Shown: positions 45,427 through 49,554 of the stretch, piece by piece
How positions within the stretch are numbered: the stretch's first letter is position 1
Layout: every line of letters starts with the position of its first letter
Assembly (NCBI GenBank): GCA_964390145.1
Contig: CAYMHB010000005.1
Span: 1-49,554 of the forward strand
Length of the DNA stretch: 49,554 nt
Direction of reading: 5' to 3'
Source of the DNA: an uncultured Oscillospiraceae bacterium
GTDB taxonomy: Bacteria > Bacillota > Clostridia > UMGS1883
Made by a program: the position numbers and the translations under genes
Notes under the pieces: generated by a model
What the model saw: only the letters and a program-made list of their open reading frames with translations
The model's database searches: none
What the model was told of the DNA's origin: nothing

Positions 45427-48162
45427 ATGGCTGGAATACTTGAAAAGATTTTCGGCACATATTCACAGCGCGAACTTAAAAAAATTGCGTCTGTTGTGGA
45501 TAAGGTGCTTTCTTACGAAGAAGAATATAAAGCTCTTTCAGACGAAGACTTAAAAGCAAAAACTCCGCATTTTAAGGAGAGACTTAAAAACGGCGAAACG
45601 CTTGATGATATACTTCCCGAGGCTTTTGCAACTGTGAGAGAAGCGGCGTGGAGAGTTCTTGAAATGCGTCACTTCCCCGTACAGATTATAGGCGGTATTG
45701 TACTTCATCAGGGTAGAATTGCCGAAATGAAAACAGGTGAAGGTAAAACGCTCGTTGCAACACTTCCGGCATACCTTAACGCGCTCACAGGCGAGGGTGT
45801 TCATATCGTTACAGTAAACGATTACCTGGCTCGTCGAGACAGCGAATGGATGGGAAAACTGTACAGATTCCTCGGTCTCAGCGTGGGTCTTGCAGTGAGC
45901 CAGATGGATTCAAGCGAGAAAAAGGAAGCTTACAGCGCCGATATAACCTATGGTACAAATAACGAAATGGGATTTGACTACCTGCGCGACAATATGGTTA
46001 TTTATAAGGAAAACATGGTGCAGCGCGGACATGCGTTTGCAATCATCGACGAGGTTGACTCCATTTTGATTGATGAGGCGCGTACCCCCCTTATTATAAG
46101 CGGTGCAGGAGAAGAATCAACCCAGCTTTATACGATTGTAGATAAATTTGTCCGTTCTCTTTCTTTTAAGAAGTTCAAGGAGCTTGATTCAAAAGAAGAA
46201 AACGATACAGTAGATGCTGATTATATCGTCGATGAGAAGGCAAAGAGCGTAAACCTCACTCCCAGAGGCGTTGAAAAGGCTGAAAAGCATTTCGGAATCG
46301 AAAACCTTTCAGACCCTGAAAATATGACGCTGTCGCATCATATCAATCAGGCAATGCGTGCTCACGCCACAATGCACAAAGACGTAAACTATGTCGTTAA
46401 AGACGGCGAAGTTCTTATCGTAGACGAATTTACCGGTCGTATTATGATCGGTCGTCGTTACAGCGACGGTCTTCATCAGGCTATTGAAGCAAAGGAAAAT
46501 GTAAAGGTTGAGAGGGAAAACAAGACTCTTGCAACAATTACATTCCAGAATTATTTCAGGCTTTACAAAAAGCTCAGCGGTATGACCGGTACTGCAAAAA
46601 CAGAGGAAGAGGAATTCCGCGGAATTTATTCACTCGATGTTATTGAAATTCCCACAAACAAGTCTCTTGCACGACTTGACGAGAACGATCAGGTGTATCT
46701 TAATCATCGCGGTAAAATCAAGGCGATTGCTGACGAAATCGCACGTGTTCACCAGACAGGTCAGCCTATTCTGGTGGGTACGATTACTATTGATAAATCT
46801 GAAGAACTCAGCGCGGTTTTAAAAGCTCGCGGAATAAAACATCAGGTCCTCAATGCGAAGCATCACGATAAAGAAGCGCTCATCGTCGCACAGGCAGGCA
46901 AAAAGGGTGCCGTTACAATCGCTACAAACATGGCAGGCCGTGGTACCGATATTATGCTTGGCGGTAATGCGGAGTACCTTGCGAAAACACAGATGTCAAA
47001 ACTTGGTTACGACGATGCCTTGATTTCCGAGGCAACAGGTTATGCCGATACGGATGACGAAGCTATCCTTGAAGCGCGCGCAAAGTATGCGGAGCTTTAT
47101 CAGAATTATAAATCCGAAATCGAGAGCGAGGCCGAGGAGGTTAAGGCGCTCGGCGGTCTTTATATCATCGGCACAGAGCGTCACGAGTCACGCCGTATTG
47201 ACAACCAGCTTCGCGGACGAAGCGGACGTCAGGGTGACCCCGGTAAATCAAGATTCTTCCTTGGCCTTGACGATGATTTGATGCGTCTTTTCGGTGGCGA
47301 AAAAATCGAGAGAATGGTTGCAACTTTGAAACTTCCCGAGGATGAGCCTATTGAACAGGGTATCCTGACAAGTGTAATTGAAAGCTCACAAAAGAAGGTT
47401 GAAGGCAGACACTTTGCATCCAGAAAGTACGTGCTTCAGTACGACGATGTTATGAATGAACAGCGTAACCTCATTTATTCACAGCGCAAGAAGGTTCTTG
47501 ACGGCGAGGATATCAGTTCTTCTATTATGAAGATGATTGACGACATTATCGAAAGCGGTATGGCAACATATGCAAGCGCTCAGTATCCTGACGATTGGAA
47601 TATGGTAGGTCTTATCGAATATTTCGAGACTATGTTCTTCGAGAGAGGTACACTTGATTTCGATAAGCGTGACTACAACAAGCTTGACCACAATACGGTT
47701 AAAGACGAAGTGAAGGAAAAAGCACTTGAAAAATATAAAGCACAGTCAGAACTTTTCGGCGACGCTATGCGTGAAGTTGAACGAATAGTTCTCCTGCGCA
47801 GTGTTGACCGCAGATGGATGGACCATATTGACGATATGGACCAGCTTAAGAGTGGTATTACACTTCGTGCATACGGTCAGCACGACCCCGTTACTGAATA
47901 TAAGTTCCAGGGTGCAGATATGTTTGACGAAATGAATACACTTATTTGCGAAGATACTGTAAAAGGCATTTTCCACGCTAAGCCTCAGGCTCCCTTGCAG
48001 AGAGTAATGGTTGCAAAGCCGACTATGGCTTCGCACGGTGACGGAAGCGATACCAAAAAACCCGTCAGAAAAGCGGCTGAAGAAAAAATCGGCAGAAATG
48101 ACCCCTGCCCCTGTGGCAGCGGCAAAAAATACAAAAACTGTTGTATGGGAAAAGAGGACTGA
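45427..48162 (+). CDS. secA: preprotein translocase ATPase SecA
   Basis: 911 aa from [10 protein letters not shown], after AGGAGG. It has Walker A (MKTGEGKT), a DEAD-like motif ([12 protein letters not shown]) and the C-terminal zinc motif [13 protein letters not shown]. The track start at 45367 is an upstream extension. Confidence 0.96.
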   Translation: MAGILEKIFGTYSQRELKKIASVVDKVLSYEEEYKALSDEDLKAKTPHFKERLKNGETLDDILPEAFATVREAAWRVLEMRHFPVQIIGGIVLHQGRIAEMKTGEGKTLVATLPAYLNALTGEGVHIVTVNDYLARRDSEWMGKLYRFLGLSVGLAVSQMDSSEKKEAYSADITYGTNNEMGFDYLRDNMVIYKENMVQRGHAFAIIDEVDSILIDEARTPLIISGAGEESTQLYTIVDKFVRSLSFKKFKELDSKEENDTVDADYIVDEKAKSVNLTPRGVEKAEKHFGIENLSDPENMTLSHHINQAMRAHATMHKDVNYVVKDGEVLIVDEFTGRIMIGRRYSDGLHQAIEAKENVKVERENKTLATITFQNYFRLYKKLSGMTGTAKTEEEEFRGIYSLDVIEIPTNKSLARLDENDQVYLNHRGKIKAIADEIARVHQTGQPILVGTITIDKSEELSAVLKARGIKHQVLNAKHHDKEALIVAQAGKKGAVTIATNMAGRGTDIMLGGNAEYLAKTQMSKLGYDDALISEATGYADTDDEAILEARAKYAELYQNYKSEIESEAEEVKALGGLYIIGTERHESRRIDNQLRGRSGRQGDPGKSRFFLGLDDDLMRLFGGEKIERMVATLKLPEDEPIEQGILTSVIESSQKKVEGRHFASRKYVLQYDDVMNEQRNLIYSQRKKVLDGEDISSSIMKMIDDIIESGMATYASAQYPDDWNMVGLIEYFETMFFERGTLDFDKRDYNKLDHNTVKDEVKEKALEKYKAQSELFGDAMREVERIVLLRSVDRRWMDHIDDMDQLKSGITLRAYGQHDPVTEYKFQGADMFDEMNTLICEDTVKGIFHAKPQAPLQRVMVAKPTMASHGDGSDTKKPVRKAAEEKIGRNDPCPCGSGKKYKNCCMGKED

Positions 48163-48193
48163 CATTATCCCCGATTAGAAAGGAAGATTTATT

Positions 48194-49318
48194 GTGATAG
48201 TTGAATACGAACAGATACGACTTGACCTTTTGGCTATGGAAAAGCCTATCGATGAGCTCGGCGTAGCGCTTGACATTGAAGGCGCAAAGGAAATTGTCAA
48301 GAAGCTCGAACAGGAAACTCTCGCACCTGATTTTTACAACGACATAAAAAACAGTCAGAAGGTTTTGCAGAAAATTAAAGAGCAGTCAACAAAGATTGAA
48401 CGCTTCAATGCTCTCCATACAGATTGGGAAGACATCTCAACACTTGTTGAAATGGCAATAGAGGAAGACGACGAAAGCTTACTTGAAGAAATCCAGGCAG
48501 GATTTAATACTCTTTCCGAGAATGTTGAAAATATGAAGCTTGAAACACTTCTTTCAGGTCAGTATGATAAGAGCAATGCCATTATCACTCTCCATGCAGG
48601 CGCAGGCGGTACAGAGGCGCAGGACTGGTGCCAGATGCTTTACAGAATGTATCAGATGTGGGCAGAAAGAAGAGGATACAAGGTTTCAATCCTTGATATT
48701 CTTGACGGTGATGAAGCAGGTCTTAAGGGCGCAAGTATTCTTATTGAGGGTCTTAACGCTTACGGTTTTGCAAGATGTGAAAAGGGTATTCACCGTCTTG
48801 TAAGAATTTCTCCGTTTGACTCGGCAGGTCGCCGTCATACATCATTCGCATCGGTTGAGGTTATGCCTGACCTTGAGGATGAAATCGAAATCAACATCAA
48901 TCCCGATGACCTTCGTATTGATACTTACCGTGCGAGCGGTGCGGGCGGACAGCACGTTAACAAAACAAGTTCTGCTATCCGTATTACACATATCCCCACA
49001 GGCGTTGTTGTAGCGTGCCAGAACGAGCGCAGCCAGTTCCAGAACAAGGATGCTGCGATGAAGATGCTTAAAGCAAAACTTATGGAGCTTGCAGAAGCAG
49101 AGCAGAAGGAAAGAATCGAGGATATCAAGGGCGTACAGAAGGAAATTGCATGGGGCAGTCAGATTCGTTCGTATGTATTCCATCCGTACACTATGGTTAA
49201 AGACCACCGCACAAGCTTTGAAACAGGTAATATCAGCGCAGTAATGGACGGTAATATTGACGGTTTCATTAACGACTATCTTAAAAAGGCAAGTCTTGGT
49301 CAGCTTAACTTAAAGTAA
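48194..49318 (+). CDS. prfB: peptide chain release factor 2, single ORF without programmed frameshift
   Basis: 374 aa with the SPF tripeptide (RISPFDS) and GGQ (SGAGGQHVNK). GTG start 8 nt after GAAAGGAAG. Codons 26-27 are CTT GAC where frameshifting homologues have CTT TGA C. Confidence 0.92.
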   Translation: MIVEYEQIRLDLLAMEKPIDELGVALDIEGAKEIVKKLEQETLAPDFYNDIKNSQKVLQKIKEQSTKIERFNALHTDWEDISTLVEMAIEEDDESLLEEIQAGFNTLSENVENMKLETLLSGQYDKSNAIITLHAGAGGTEAQDWCQMLYRMYQMWAERRGYKVSILDILDGDEAGLKGASILIEGLNAYGFARCEKGIHRLVRISPFDSAGRRHTSFASVEVMPDLEDEIEININPDDLRIDTYRASGAGGQHVNKTSSAIRITHIPTGVVVACQNERSQFQNKDAAMKMLKAKLMELAEAEQKERIEDIKGVQKEIAWGSQIRSYVFHPYTMVKDHRTSFETGNISAVMDGNIDGFINDYLKKASLGQLNLK

Positions 49319-49433
49319 GGACTCGATAAAGCAGCACAGACCACAAAACGCGAAGAAAATATATAAAAGTTCTTTTATTAAGATTTATGCACTACTTTCT
49401 CTTTGTCCTTGGGCTTGATAACGCAAAAAATAA

Positions 49434-49554
49434 GATGCAGTTCATATTGAACTGCATCTCAGCGTGTCGATACACCTATCGGCACGCTGGAAGACGACGA
49501 AAAAGGAAGGTAAATTTGCTCACCACGACCTCGTCGGCGTACGAGGGTACGGTC
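49434..49554 (+). repeat. repeat-family copy 2 (hairpin 49434-49458 plus core 49460-49554, truncated by the window end)
   Basis: GATGCAGTTC-ATATT-GAACTGCATC hairpin, then a core 87/95 identical to the reverse complement of 26373-26467. Confidence 0.8.

Overview
This is a chromosomal, mostly housekeeping window from a spore-forming Firmicute, probably Clostridia-like given spoIIP, gpr and dpaAB. I can support about 50 protein genes.

Gene content, left to right:
- rpsU, a GNAT acetyltransferase, ung and hydG on the plus strand.
- putP, then folT-folC behind a THF riboswitch, the glgB-C-D-A-P glycogen operon, rex and fba on the minus strand.
- spoIIP; nifS-nifU; an XRE/S24 repressor; gpr; a DtxR-like repressor; ireB.
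- A small sugar module: a DMT permease, a cytoplasmic beta-helix hydrolase and a GntR/PBP regulator.
- A complete, tightly packed his operon: hisZ-G-D-C-B-H-A-F-IE-K.
- An AraC regulator with two oxidoreductases.
- dpaAB, an orphan family-5 substrate-binding protein, pgeF, ymdB and rny.
- rpmE, secA and prfB.

I saw no rRNA, tRNA, CRISPR array, transposase, integrase, phage genes or recognisable defence genes, so I cannot point to a novel protein-coding system.

Everything unexplained here is non-coding:
1. The folT THF riboswitch is split by a roughly 215-nt structured insertion in P4, and it starts 2 nt after the glgP stop codon.
2. A structured module of at least 95 nt occurs twice at about 92% identity, each time just after a related hairpin at the 3' end of an operon (hisK and prfB). 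The first copy sits inside a 273-bp insertion flanked by a perfect 28-bp duplication.
3. A 275-bp MITE-like element with imperfect terminal inverted repeats and a possible 5-bp target duplication lies between rny and ymdB.
4. The his operon leader has no T-box. It consists of G-tract and C-tract repeats behind a promoter embedded in a 32-bp palindrome.

All coordinates were derived by hand from the sequence and the ORF track. Start codons were re-picked where an ATG, GTG or TTG with a better Shine-Dalgarno (SD) sequence lies downstream of the ORF-track start.
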